Positions 10,708 through 24,421 are shown, numbered from the stretch's first letter. The stretch: 64,000 bases of DNA from Candidatus Marinacidobacterales bacterium (GCA_965237955.1 OZ250169.1:7168001-7232000); one strand, 5' to 3'. The notes: generated from the sequence alone by a model not told the origin. Numbers and translations are program-made.

Positions 10708-11583
10708 TTAGTCGTGAAATCGCGGCGCGCGTTCGATCAGATCCTCGTCGTCGAGCACAGCGGCTAGAGCCTCGATCCGTTCCCGGTCAGCGCCCCGCCA
10801 CTCGAGCGCGGCTATATCTTCCTCGAGCGGAACATCGACGCGGAGTGTTGCGAGCTTGCGATACAAGAGTGCCTCGTCACGTTCGTGCCGCAGGTTGGCC
10901 GCGAGATCATAGGCCCGTCGGGACTTCACCTCCCAATCCGCGGCATTGTCGGGAATGGACTCGATGTGGCGGTAGCGATCGAGGAGCGCGGCTGCGGATT
11001 TCTTGCCCCAACCGAAGATTCCCGGAATGCCGTCTGCCGCATCACCGACGAGAGCGAGGTAGTCCGGGATCGATTCGGGGAGCACACCGAATTTCTCCTT
11101 CACACCGCTCTCATCGAGAACGATCTGCCGCCTGCGATCCCAGCACACGACGCGCTCGCCCTCGACACACTGCGTGAGGTCTTTGTCGGGCGACGCGATC
11201 ACGACCTGTTGCACCGCATCCTCTCGGGCGAATCGTGCGGCAGCCGTCCCCATGGCATCGTCCGCCTCGAACTCCACCATAGGCCAGGTGACGATCCCGA
11301 GGGCGCGGGTCACGTCTTCGGCAAGCTCGAACTGCTCCCAAAGCTCGGCCTCGATGCCTTCACCGGTCTTGTAGCCTTCGAAGAGATCGTTCCGAAAGGA
11401 TTCGATGACGTGGTCGAACGCGCACGCGACGTGAGTGACGTCATCCCCTCGCAACAGCAGGAGGAAACTACGGAGAAGCACGATACAAGCTCCGACTTCG
11501 CGCCCCGAGGCATTGGTTCGCTTCGGTGCACCGTAGTAGGCGCGGAACAGCTCGTAGGTGCCGTCGATGAGGTGGACTTTCAC
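10708..11583 (-). CDS. Stand-alone 5'-3' exonuclease / flap endonuclease
   Basis: LIDG, EADD, SPDKDL, LVGDAADGIPG motifs. Confidence 0.9.
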   Translation of the reverse strand: MKVHLIDGTYELFRAYYGAPKRTNASGREVGACIVLLRSFLLLLRGDDVTHVACAFDHVIESFRNDLFEGYKTGEGIEAELWEQFELAEDVTRALGIVTWPMVEFEADDAMGTAAARFAREDAVQQVVIASPDKDLTQCVEGERVVCWDRRRQIVLDESGVKEKFGVLPESIPDYLALVGDAADGIPGIFGWGKKSAAALLDRYRHIESIPDNAADWEVKSRRAYDLAANLRHERDEALLYRKLATLRVDVPLEEDIAALEWRGADRERIEALAAVLDDEDLIERAPRFHD

Positions 11584-11623
11584 GAAGCGGCATTCTAACT
11601 CGCGCTCGATGCCGATCAGGCAG

Positions 11624-11737
11624 AAAAAAACAACGCAAAGTCGCAGGGGCGCAAAGACGCAAAGGTTCGCGTTAATGCTTCAAGCGACTCGGATACTTTG
11701 CGCCTTCGCGTCTTGGCACCTTTGCGTTGGTTTTTTT
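11624..11737. repeat. REP-like imperfect palindrome built from CGCAAAG units
   Basis: CAACGCAAAG..CGCAAAGACGCAAAG opposite CTTTGCG..CTTTGCGTTG, flanked by A7 and T7. Confidence 0.7.
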
Positions 11738-11760
11738 GGAATCAGCCGCTCAGCCTGCCT

Positions 11761-12478
11761 CTACAACTTGCCTTCGGCTTTGCGGTCCTCGGCATCCCAG
11801 AACGTCTGGTACACACGACGTCTTTCGATCATCGTCCGCGCGACGATACGCTCGCCCGTCGCGGCGTCGTTCGAGTGGATGACGAGGTCGGCGAGCACGG
11901 CGAACGCCTGCGTGCCTTCGCCGGTCTTGAACTCGTCACCGACGAGGACGAGAAACACCCGGCGCCGGATCTCCGGAGACAGAGTGCACACGATGCGATA
12001 GAGGTTTCTCTCCTCGGGGACTCCGTTCCGGGTCGTCGCGACAACGGGATACTCGCCCTGCTGAAGCCTCAGGACTTTCTCTTCGAGCTGAGGGTCGAGT
12101 CCCTCTGAGGCGAAGCCCAGCTTTGCGAGCATCGTTTCCAGGCTCTCCGCCTGCTCGCTGTTCGGGACGGAAATGAGTGCGGTTCCAATGGGCGGCGCCG
12201 ACGGTGGTCGGACCGGCGCAGGCGGCGCAATCACCGAGCTACTCGGAGGCTTGGCCTGCGATTGCGATGCAGACGGTTGAGCCTGCTGTTCCTGTCGAGC
12301 CTGCTTAGGTTCCGGGGCTGGTGCGGCGGCGGGGCTGCGGCGCTTCGCCATTTCCGTTCTTTCCAGGAAGCTTGACCGTGGCCTGACACTTCGGGCACTT
12401 GAGCATGAACGGCGTATCCGGAATCTTTGCGTCGTCGAGGACGAGTCGATTGGAGCACTTGGGACAGTTTATTTGCAC
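11761..12478 (-). CDS. MJ0042-like zinc-ribbon domain protein, frameshift near 12330
   Basis: GTG 12478 gives VQINCPKC..DDAKIP..KCPKC; continues in the 11761-12351 frame after a C-run. Confidence 0.7.
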
Positions 12479-12482
12479 GTCA

Positions 12483-13708
12483 CTACCTCTCGATCAGGTT
12501 GTCCATCTCGGTCGCGGGCGCGGGCGCTTCTTCGGTAGCGGGCGGGCCGCCGTTGCCGGGCCGCGCGCCTTCCATCGACAACCTCAACTTGAGGTTGGCC
12601 GCGTTCGAGGCGTAGGAGAGTCCAGTCTCCGCATCGAGCACGCCCGACTCGATGAGCCGCTGCAGCTCCGAATCGAACGTCTGCATGCCTTCGAGAGCCC
12701 CGTCTTCCATGGCGTCCAGAAGGCTCTTCCCTTCTTTCTCACCCTCACGGATATAGTCGCGAGTTCGGGACGTGCCTCGCAAGATCTCGCACACCGCCAT
12801 GCGCCCCCCACTCCGCTTGGGAATGAGGCGTTGGCTCACGATCCATTTGAACGACTGCGCGAACCGCGTGCGAATATGGCGCTCTTCGTTTTTGGGAAAC
12901 ACACCGACGATACGATCGATCGTCTTCGACGCGTCGATGGTGTGTAGCGTCGACAGCACGAGATGGCCGGTCTCGGACGCTTCGAGCGCAGTGTTGATCG
13001 TCTCGGTATCCCGCATCTCACCCACGAGAATCACCTTGGGCGCTTGCCGAAGGGCGGCGCGGAGAGCGAGTGAAAACGTCTCGGTGTCGGCGCCGACTTC
13101 GCGCTGGTTGATAGTGGCGTTCATCGCCGGGTAGAGATACTCGATGGGATCTTCGGTAGTGTCTCAGTTTGAATTTTTCAAACTGAGACACTACCGGATC
13201 TTCGATCGTAATAATGTGGATCGCTTTCTCGTAGTTCATCTTATTGAGGAGCGCGGCGAGCGTCGTCGACTTTCCCGACCCCGTGGGACCCGTGACCAGG
13301 ACGATGCCGTTGCGTTCCTCTGTGATCTCATTGAGCTGGGTTGGGATGCCGAGCTCCTCCACCGTGGGAATCTTGTTGGGGATGACCCGGAACACGACCG
13401 AGTAACGACCCCCGCTGGGAAAAAATATTCACCCGGAAGCGGGTCTTGTGCGCGAGCGAATACGAGAGATCCACCGATCCGGTGCGCAGGAGCTTTTCGA
13501 TCAGGTCCCGTTTGCCCCTCAGAAGCCGCATCGCGATGAGCTCGGTCTGGTACGGGGAAAGCTTCTCGACTCCGGCATAGGGTACGGCTTGGAGCTTGCC
13601 TTCGATTTCCACCTGGGGCGGTTTCCCTACAGACAGATTCAAGTCGGAAACGCCCTCAGCAGAGTCCAGCATCTTCGCGAGGAGCGGGTTCATGTCGAAA
13701 TACGCCAT
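12483..13708 (-). pseudogene. pilT: PilT/PilU type IV pilus ATPase disrupted by a 41-bp insertion and a G-run frameshift
   Basis: GPTGSGKSTT, TIEDP, ALRQAP..VGEMRD, ETGHLVLSTLHT across three frames. Confidence 0.88.
13155..13195. mobile_element. 41-bp palindromic miniature element with 8-bp TSD
   Basis: GGTAGTGTCTCAGTTTGAA-TTT-TTCAAACTGAGACACTACC flanked by GGATCTTC at 13147-13154 and 13196-13203. Confidence 0.85.
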
Positions 13709-13794
13709 GGGCGAAAGGCCTCCACGGGAAAAAGCAAAATTCTGTTGTTTTAGTTGTTTCGGAAGGCTTTTAGTATACCATGCGAAACTCGCTC

Positions 13795-14640
13795 ATGACG
13801 AAGACAACCCCTTTTGCCGGTTGTTTCGCGGACGACGACGAGTCTGAGTTGGTCTTTCTCGGCCTCGCCGACGACACACAGTCGAGGTACCTCGGCGGCT
13901 GCGCCGGCGGGCCGGCTGCGATCCGCAACGCCGACGACGGCAAATGTTTCAATGCCACCACCGAATCCGGCGTCGATCTCGAGCACGCGGTGAGCGATCT
14001 CGGAGACCGCTATCCCGGCGACAGTTGGGAGGCAAGCGCTCGCGATTACAAGGCGCAGGCGGAAGCGCTCTTCGAGGCTTCTAGAGTCCCGTTCATCGCT
14101 GGCGGCGACCACGCCGTCACCATCCCCGTCGTCGAAGCGCTAGTCCCCTGTATCAGAACAAACTAGATAAAACAGAGCTTGCCGAAACCCTTCTAAGTGC
14201 ATGAATCTTATGAATCTTATGGGCTGGCGAAAAGCCTAACTTTGTATAGTAATCAAAGATCCAGGGGACTAGAGGTGCTAGAACAACCGGTCCACGTCAT
14301 TCAGATCGACGCGCATCCCGACCTCTAACCCGAATTCGAAGGGAATCGGTTTTCGCACGCGTGTACCGGCGCTCGCATCCTGGAGATGGATCACATCGCC
14401 AGTCTCACCCAGCTCGGCATCCGGACGATGAATACGCAGAGTCCTTTTCTCGACCGCTACTCCGATCGCCTCATCATCCACGAGGCACGTGAGCTCCCCG
14501 CGGAGCTTCCGGAGCTCACCCACATTCCCGAAGACGCCTTGGTCTACATCACCATCGACATGGATGGATTCGACCCCGGGGTCTCCCACGCCGTCCCCGG
14601 AGGGTTGAGCTCGCGCCAAGTGCTCGACTTCATCCAGCTT
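13795..14640 (+). pseudogene. Arginase/agmatinase-family pseudogene
   Basis: GGDHAVT, IDAHPDL, SHA, TIDMDGFDP, PGGLS; MITE insertion, TAA at 14326, C-terminus missing. Confidence 0.85.
14144..14268. mobile_element. 125-bp AT-rich MITE-like element with CTAG TSD
   Basis: IRs TCCCCTGTATC and GATCCAGGGGA; CTAG at 14140-14143 and 14269-14272; removal restores EALEVLEQPVH. Confidence 0.8.
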
Positions 14641-16897
14641 AAGGTCGGTCTGACAAGACCAGCGCTGGGTCTCCCATCAGGTGGTAGATGCTCAGGAGCT
14701 CGTTGCGAGCTCCTGTCTCCGCGAATTGGATCTGAGCTTCGAGCAAGGCGTCTCCGAGACGCACGTGATTTCCGCGCACGAGCTCATGGACGATGGTCGA
14801 ATGAAAACGACTCGCGGGCTCATGCAAGCTGAGTCCACTCGGTGAAAACGTGGCGATCGCACCCTTCGCCTCAGCTTTGAGCAAGGCTTCACTCAGCGAA
14901 TCGAAAAAGGGAAAGTGAAAGTAGCCGTTGAGACAGTTCATCGTGAGCACGATCGGTTGTCGGGGTTGTGTGGAAAGCAAGCTCACGTCACGAGAGCGCA
15001 GCAGGTTCTCGTCAGCCCATAGATTGATCCCACCGTGCCCCAAGTAGCTGACCAGTGAGGCGCCCGAGTCGAAGGCGTCCAAAACGCGCGATCGCGTTTC
15101 CGATACACCAAGCTGGCTCAGATAGATCTTCTCGACCGACCGACCGCCAGAGATCGTTGCCGCAAGCGTGTCGGCATCACGCTCGAACTCACCCGCGCGA
15201 TCAGAATCGTCCGCGACGAGAACGATCGGGCCCTCGGAGTCGTCGACGCCGGCCTCGAAGGTAAGGATTTTCGTCACCATCGTGGCGAGCTCGGATACCG
15301 AAGCGGCCGGTAGGCGCCCGATTGCCAAATCAGGAAGCAGATCGTCACCGTTTATCGCAGCGTAAGCAGGATCCGACGCGGTCCAAAGAAATTCCGTTTT
15401 GACCATAAACGGTGGCAGCTGAAGACGTTTTCCACCTAGACGCAGATAGTCTTTGAAATCGTAGGTTCCGTCGCCGAGCAGCAGCACGTACCGAGGGGAC
15501 GGCGCCCGCCAGTGATGGTAGGCGTAGCTCAGGAACGATTGGATCGCGCTCGGCCGGGCTTCACCGAAGCCGAACTCGGAGTAAATCTCCTCGAGCGAGA
15601 CCCCCCGGACATCCAAACCTTGATTCTGTCGATGCGTCAGAAGAGGCCTAGCGGCAACGACGAGCTCGCTTGGACCGATGACGAGGTAGTCCGCATAGTT
15701 GAGGCTGTTCTTCAACCGGCTCACCACCGGTTCGCTGACCGCCGGCCTGGCCACCGCCTCTGGGCTCGACGCCACGTAGCGATGTCCCGCCCGAGCTCGA
15801 AACGCCGCGCCGTCAGCGCTATCTATCTTCAACCATCGCGGTGCGGCGTCCGTCGCGTCCACCACGTAGCTTCCCGTTCCGAGATTCGACAGGGTTGCTC
15901 GACCGCTCCCGTCGAAGCGTCCCTCGAACCGGCCCGCAACCGCTTCCAACTGTCGCGAGTACTCGAGCGCCCATCGGTCGACGAACACCATGGAGTACGC
16001 CGCTTCCGTGTCACCGACGTTCTCGATTTCGAGGACGTTCTCGCCATCACGCAACACGCCGGGCGGAACCTCGGCTTCCAGTTTACGGGGACGCTTCGCA
16101 TTCCAGCTGTCTTCACCTACGAGCGACCCATTCACCCAGACACGGACGTGGTGATCCGGGGACGCGGGAAAGTCGCTACCTCCTTGAAGCCACAAGCTCA
16201 AATGCGCCGCTTCCGCGCGTGCCGCGAGCCCCGAGATCGCGAACGGGAAACGCTTGCTGGCGCCTCCGAACACCGTGTCCCAGAGCCACGGGTCAACGGC
16301 GTCGACAAGAGTCGCCTGGTACAGACGATTCTCCTGTCGATCGATTCGGTGTCGGTACACGGAGACGGGACCTTCACCAACCCCCATCAACTCGACCGGC
16401 ATCCGTTGGCCCCGTACGCCGATCTCTAGCTCGTAGACGATCTCGTTCCCGTACGGATTGGCCGCCTCACCGTCCCCAAGAAAGAATAGAGTCGAACCGG
16501 GCCCGAAACGCCGGCGTTTGGGCTCGACGTGGAACGCCACGCTCTCACCTTGATGGCTCAACCGGAGGTTGGCCGTCGAGATGCCGCGTCGTCGGATTCC
16601 AGAGATGCCTTCGAAATCCACCGCGTGGAGCCCTCGCTCGCGCGTGGACAGGTGCGCTATCACCCTCTTGCGCTCGTGACTCGCGTCGTGCGCGTGCTGT
16701 CGAGCACCCCCACGACGTGTCGTCTCGAGAAGGCCCCCGCGAAATCGCAATCGAACGCGAAGGGTCCGGACCATCAGCAAGCGCTCCGTCTGCGGCTCCC
16801 ATCGCAGTGGCGCGAGCTCGACAAGCGCTCTTCGCGTGTCCCTCAGTTGAACCGCCCCGGCTTTTCCGGAGACTCCAACTCTTGAGAGGATGGAGTC

Positions 16898-18132
<1,235 letters not shown>

Positions 18133-21100
18133 AACAGTCTCCGGGATTCCCGGGGCGGTTCACAGTATAGCGATGTCGAGGATGCGGGACGCGTGAGAGG
18201 GCGATAGTCCATCGCCCGCAAAGGTCCGAGCGAGCCGCCTTCCCTGCTCTAGCCGCACCGTCCCGGAGGAAGCCGCGACGACCTCGGGCACCTCGGCCTC
18301 CGCTGGGCGCAACGAAAAACTCTCCACCTGGTTCGCCCGAATGGAAACGATCTCGACGTCGTTCGATGCGAGTGCGTCAACCCAAGCTCTTCTCACCGGG
18401 AGCGAGATCTCGTCGTCCATTGCAAAACCGGGAATCTCGACGCGCACCGAGCCGTCCTCGAGGGGCGTCGCGTTAAAACCTGAAACTCTGAGCTCGAGCT
18501 CGAGTTGCCGCCGGCCCCGCTGACGCACTGTCAAAGACGTGGCATTCGGATCTCCATAAACGACGCGCGGGGGGAGCGCCTCGCCATCCGTCCCCGGCAC
18601 AAAGGATTCCGGCGGCCGCGCGAGGCCACTTTGAGGTGTTGCCACGACCGGACCGTGGCGTTCGAGGCTTCCCGTTGTCTCGATATCTTCCAACTCGTAG
18701 AAATAGGACGTGCCGTTCGTTACGTCGCGATCGACGAAGCGGTAGCGCGCCCCCGACGGAGAGGAGCCCAAGCCCGGGATCAGCGAAGTGTTGATGCGCT
18801 CGAACGGTCCCGCCTCGCTCGCACTGCGGTACACGTGAAAGCCGAGGTTGTCGACTTCGGCGCCCGTCTCCCACTCGAGCACCACGGAGCTGTCACCGCC
18901 ATGGGCGTCGAACGATACGAGCTCGACCGCGGTTGTACACGCGACGATATTGTCGCTATCGGTATTCCGTACGACGAGGAGTTGATAACCGGAGATGGCA
19001 GCCGGGGTGACGGCCCTGCGAACGACGGCGCCGTCGAGAAACCGTACTTCGACGACGTAGGTACTGTTCGGGCCCCTCGACGAGCCGCACGTGAGCAGTC
19101 CCATGTGAACATACGCGGGGTCTTGCGATCCATGGCCTCGGCCACCGTTGACTTCGCGGACCCCCGAAACGGGGCTCAGCCCGCAGTCGAGCAAACGGAT
19201 CGTCGCGCCGATGGCATCACGGTCGGCCCCTCCCGCATCGTGCAGCGCCCGGATGACGAGATAGCCGTTGTTATTTGTCTCGTTACGCCACAGCTCGTTA
19301 GCCGTATTCTGGTTGATCAGGATGTCGACATCCCCGTCGCGATCGTAGTCGCCGAACGCCGTCGCTTCGCCATTGTCGACACCGAAACCTGCCGGCGAGA
19401 TGTCGGTGAACGTGAAGGCGCCGTCGTTCCGGAAAAGCTGGTCGTTCCCGTCGCTCGTGAGCATCAAATCGAGATCGCCGTCGTTATCGACGTCACCACA
19501 CGCGACGCCGTCGATGTTGCCGAGAATACCGGCCGGAACACCGCGAGCGGTGAACGACGCCGAACCGACACCCGTCTGTTCCCAGATCTGGCTGACACCT
19601 GCGTCTGTCCAGAAGAGATCGAAATCACCGTCGTCGTCGAGATCGCAGGTCGCGATACCGCCCTTGTTGCCGTTCGTAGCCGCTTCGTCGAAAGTCCCGG
19701 CGGTAAAGGTGCCGGCGTTCGCGTCGTTCAGATAGAGGTCTGGGGAGCTCCCGCGACGGTTGAGGATGTCGACGTCCCCGTCGACGTCGATATCGGCCAC
19801 CGCGGTGTAGTCGCTCTTTCCGGCTTGCGTCGCGGGAAGCGCGGGGGTGGCGACGTAGCTGAACGCTCCCGCCACGTTCTCGAAGATCGAGATGCCTCCG
19901 TCTTGATCCGCCATCAGATCCAGGTCACCGTCCGCATCGTAGTCGATGAACCCGAGTCCTTCCGAGTTGAACTGGAACGGTTGTGAGCTGGCATCGAGGA
20001 TCTGGCTCGGGGTGCCGCCGGCGCCGAAAATCGTCCAGGCGGCACCGCATCCGGACACGCCCGCGCCGTTGTTCAGGTAAATCTCGATGTCCGGCGAGCT
20101 CGTGTTGCGGGCAAAGTCCAAAAACCCGTCGTTGTTGACGTCGCCCCAAATGACGCTCCGCTCTCTCACATTGACGAGCCCGGGAGCAAGGCACGCGCTC
20201 ACATCGGTAAACGTTCCGTCGCAGCTTCCGCTGTTGTCCTGCATGTAGAGACGCGTCCCGAGCGTCGCGTCGTCAGTATTGACGAGAACATCCAAGCAAC
20301 CGTCGTTCTTGAAATCGCCCCACGCCAGTCCACCGTCCTTCGCTCCGGCGGTGTTCAATCCCGAAGGGGCGCTGACGTTCGTGAACGGCGCGGGTAGAGC
20401 GCCCTGCGCCCCCACGCAGATGAAGCTAGTGTTGGTGCAAGCGGCGTCCTTTGTAGGGATGTTCTGGTTGTTGAACGATGTCTGGATCCAGCCGTCGCTC
20501 CGGATGACTCGCGATAATCGAATCTCGTCGAGCAAACCGTCGAATCCGAAGTCGGCCGCGAGACGGTTGCCTAAATAGAACGAGTAGGCCGCGTCGGAAT
20601 CGGCGGGAAGCGTTCCGTTCCCGCTGGCTTGATAGGCAAGTTCCGCCCCGTTTTTGAAGATGCGGATGTTCGTGCCGATCTCGGAGCCGCCCCAGGTCAC
20701 CGTCACGTACTGCCACGCGCCGTAAGAAACGACATTGTTGTTGCTCACGCGTCTGACCGACGCCGAAGAGTAATTCTTGTTGAACTCGAACGCGTTGACC
20801 TCGGGCGCGGTGTTGTCGATCTCGAGAAACCACCGTCCCACGGAAGATGCTCCATACTTCGAGACGATATTCGCGGCGCTGTTGCCGCCAGCCGTCCGGG
20901 GCTGGATCCAAGCCGACATCGTCAACGGACCGAGGTCGTCCAAGATCGCGGCGGATCCAGCATCCACGAGATCGTCGATGCCATCGAAGTCGAGCGAGCC
21001 GCTGATCTTCCCAGCGACCTGGTCGCCGGTCGTCATCCCACCGCCGGAAGTCCCGTGATTTCCAAAGAACGAGCTGTCGGTGATCTGCGGTGCGGCGGTC

Positions 21101-21868
21101 GACGGGTCCTCGGCGAGATGCCACACGCCCGAGTAGTTGCGATCCCATAGGCTTTCCGGACTCTCCAGTGAGCAGGTGACCCCGGAGTCGCCATAATAAA
21201 TGTAGAAAACGGTATCGGCGTCGAATCGCAGTCTCGGAATACGAACCCAAGCGACCAGCGTCCCCGTCACCGCGTCGTAGCTTTCGATCTCGTGGCTCAG
21301 GATTTGAATGCCGTCTGCCGCTCGAAATTGGATGTCGAAACCGCTCGCGCTCGAGACGTTCGCCTGCAGATCCGGATCACTTTGCAAGCTAACGAGAACG
21401 GGAAGTCCAAAATGATCGGAGGCGCCGCTGACGCGGGTGTTGTCGATCGTAAGTTGCTTGCGGAACGCCATCGCGGCGTCGAGACGCACCGCTCCCAATA
21501 CGAACGAGGCCGTGATGATGGCAAGACGCAGATATGGCAGATATAAGGAGCCCATGGTATCCGTGTAGATATTGCAAACCGCATGCCTAGGGCATTACAC
21601 GCAGAGGCGTTTAAAAATGGGGGTTTTAACTCGTTGTACCCGATAACAGTTGGGGTGTTTGCGCTACGGTGTGTGGGGCTTTGGCTACGTAGGAGTCTTT
21701 TCTCTCACAAATTCCCCCGGCGCATTTCTTCGGCCAGATAGTCGGTCGAGCGCCACGAGAGCGCCAAGATAGAAAGCGTCGGGTTCGTCTCGGAAGCATT
21801 GGTAGAGGCGGAGCCGTCGACGCGTTTGAGTGCTTATCTTCGATTAATGGGACCAATGCGTTCCATGC

Positions 21869-22972
21869 TCATGTCGGGAGTATATCCTTTCGTCCACGCC
21901 ACCAAATTGACGCGATGGTCGTGATCGCGAGTGCCCAATACGGCCACAGGGGCTGGACGAAACCGCCGATGAGGGCGAGAAACGCCACGATGACGAGCAT
22001 GGCAAGCCTCACGAGGACGTACCGCGCGCGTGGCGACCACCACAGCACGACATCGAAAGGCACGAAAACCAACATGAGCTCGTTGACGCGTAGCTCGGGC
22101 CACGGCGACAAGATCGCCCCCCCACACACCAGAGCTCCCATGAGGGCGACGACACCAATCGCGAAGGCGGCTCCCCAGCGTGAAATCCACGCGAGTGCCG
22201 CGATCACGAGCACAAGAACCCAGAAGCGAACGAGCGCTGCGCCGACGTCAGCGGACACGGTCGGCCCCTGACGCTCGTAGACGCCCTCCGGTGCAACCCC
22301 GAACTCGTCAGTTACGGCTTCGGCGAGAACTTCGGGTATGAACATCGCCGCGTGAGCGTCGATATCTTGGTCGACCCACCGTCCGAGGATCAAATCGCCC
22401 GCCGGCACGAGCGCCCAGTGGAAAGCGGCGAACCCCGCGCGCGCGTGGTCGCGATACGTCCGCTGGCTCGGGATCGTCGAGCGCCGGAGTGCCCCATTGG
22501 CTGCTGTGTCGATGAGGTCGCGCGGGCGCGTGGAGCAATTATCGAGAAAGTGGCTGTAAATGTATTCGCGATTCTCGGGGAGAGCGTCGTTCTCGAGTGC
22601 TTCGACGAGGCTATCGATTTGCTCGTCCGAGAGCGGTAGCACTTGCCTGTAAATACTCCGGTCCTGGCTCTGGAACGCGATCACGAGGCTGACCCAATCC
22701 GATACCGAGACCCAGAACTTCGCGCGGCCGCGGACGACGTCCCATCCGAGCCCGAGCGGGCGCGAGAAATCTGCCGTGCCGTAGTTGTAGCAAAGGCCAC
22801 CGCCGGGAAGATCTTGGTCGACGACGCAGAGCGCAGCGTGTCCGAATTTCGAGAACAGGGCGTCCCCCGGCCCCATGGTGTAGAGCTCGACGCGAGGCTT
22901 GGCATCCGCTGGCGTTACTGCCGCCAGCAGCAGCACGAACACAAACAGGCTGAAATCGCGCCGAGCATACAC
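21869..22972 (-). CDS. DUF4105 / Lnb-like lipoprotein N-acyltransferase domain membrane protein
   Basis: FGHAAL, YNYG, DNCSTRPRD, C-terminal TM helices. Confidence 0.8.
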   Translation of the reverse strand: MYARRDFSLFVFVLLLAAVTPADAKPRVELYTMGPGDALFSKFGHAALCVVDQDLPGGGLCYNYGTADFSRPLGLGWDVVRGRAKFWVSVSDWVSLVIAFQSQDRSIYRQVLPLSDEQIDSLVEALENDALPENREYIYSHFLDNCSTRPRDLIDTAANGALRRSTIPSQRTYRDHARAGFAAFHWALVPAGDLILGRWVDQDIDAHAAMFIPEVLAEAVTDEFGVAPEGVYERQGPTVSADVGAALVRFWVLVLVIAALAWISRWGAAFAIGVVALMGALVCGGAILSPWPELRVNELMLVFVPFDVVLWWSPRARYVLVRLAMLVIVAFLALIGGFVQPLWPYWALAITTIASIWWRGRKDILPT

Positions 22973-22995
22973 AGGAGACCATCATACCGCGGAGT

Positions 22996-23430
22996 ATGTT
23001 ATTCTCCGCCGCTCAGAGAGCCACGTTGGAATCGAAAAAGCTGGAGCGCAGCATCGGCCTCATCGGAACCGCCGTAGGGTCGACGATCACGCGTTACGCG
23101 GTGGCCGCGGTCATGGCGATCATGGTTCTCCAGACACTGTCAGCGGCTGCGGTGTTTGCCCTTCCCAAGCGGAGCCCCGAGCATTTCGCAAACGCCGCGT
23201 TCCGCTTGTCGCCACTCTGGCGTGTCGTATGCAGCGTAGGGCTAATCTTGGTTTCGCTCTTGTTCATCGGAGGCGGCGTTGCCCAGGATCGTTCCGCCGC
23301 AAACATTTTCGTCGTCCTCATGCTCCTCGGCGCCGCCTACTACGGCGTTCGCAAGGCCATGTTGCGCCGCCAAGGCCTTCGGATCGAGGACGTGCTCAGG
23401 AAGGATCGCGCTCTCGCGTCCGCGAACTAG
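22996..23430 (+). pseudogene. Probable C-terminal fragment of an amino-acid permease
   Basis: Only about three TM helices, no good start, directly upstream of OCD. Confidence 0.45.
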
Positions 23431-23434
23431 CGTC

Positions 23435-24421
23435 ATGGAAATCGTCGTTCTAAACCACAAAGAGATCGAAGGGCTGCTTCCCATGGACGAGTGCATCGAC
23501 GTGATGTCCGAAGTGCTCTCGGCGCTCGCGCGGGGCGAAGCGCACAGTCCGCTCCGCTCGGTCGTTCGTCCTCCCGACACCGGCCACTTCCTCGGGCTCA
23601 TGCCTGCCTACCGCGGAGGTGCGAACCCCGCCTACGCCCTGAAGGAATTTTGTATCTTTCCCGATAACCCGACGCGCGGGCTCGATCGGCACCAGGGATC
23701 GGTGCTGCTCCATAGCGCCGAGACCGGCGAGCTCATGGCGGTCATGAACGGCTCCGCCATCACCGCGATCCGCACCGCGGCGGTCTCGGGCCTCGCGGCG
23801 AAACTGCTCGCGCGCGACGACGCCAAAGAGGTCGCGATCATCGGAACCGGCGTTCAGGGACGAATGCATCTGCAAGCGATGGCCGCAATAGGCGGCTTCG
23901 AGCGCGTGCGGGTGTGTAGCCGGCGTCGAGAGAATGCGGAAGCGTTCGCGAAGGAGCTCGGCCCGAAGATGCCGTTCACGATCAAGCCCGTCGACGACGT
24001 GAAGAGCGCGGTGGAGTCTGCCGACGTCATCAACACCACCACCAATGCCCGTGAGCCGGTGCTTCACCGGGATTGGGTGAAGCCCGGAACTCACATCAAC
24101 GCAGTGGGCTCGGCCATCCCCACGACTCGAGAGATCGACACCGCCACGATGACGGCGTCGACGCTCTTCGTCGACCGTCGCGAAGCGACGCTCAACGAAT
24201 CAGGTGACTACCTCTTCGCCGCGAAGGAAGGTGCCATCGGCCCGGATCACATCCGTGCCGAGCTCGGCGAGATTCTCATCGGCGAGCAGGTCGGCCGCCG
24301 TTCGCCCGAGGAGATCACGCTCTTCAACTCCCTCGGCATCGCCGTCGAAGACCTCGCCGCCGCGCAGTTCCTCTACAAGCGCGCGCTAGAAAAAGACGTC
24401 GGCACCCGCCTCGAATTCTAA
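23435..24421 (+). CDS. Ornithine cyclodeaminase / mu-crystallin family protein
   Basis: TAIRTAA, IGTGVQG, HINAVGS, FNSLGIAVED. Confidence 0.92.
   Translation: MEIVVLNHKEIEGLLPMDECIDVMSEVLSALARGEAHSPLRSVVRPPDTGHFLGLMPAYRGGANPAYALKEFCIFPDNPTRGLDRHQGSVLLHSAETGELMAVMNGSAITAIRTAAVSGLAAKLLARDDAKEVAIIGTGVQGRMHLQAMAAIGGFERVRVCSRRRENAEAFAKELGPKMPFTIKPVDDVKSAVESADVINTTTNAREPVLHRDWVKPGTHINAVGSAIPTTREIDTATMTASTLFVDRREATLNESGDYLFAAKEGAIGPDHIRAELGEILIGEQVGRRSPEEITLFNSLGIAVEDLAAAQFLYKRALEKDVGTRLEF

Noticed and set aside
14326-14328. In-frame stop in agmatinase as recoding
   Set aside because: It is TAA at a probable Tyr position in a gene already broken by a MITE and truncation.
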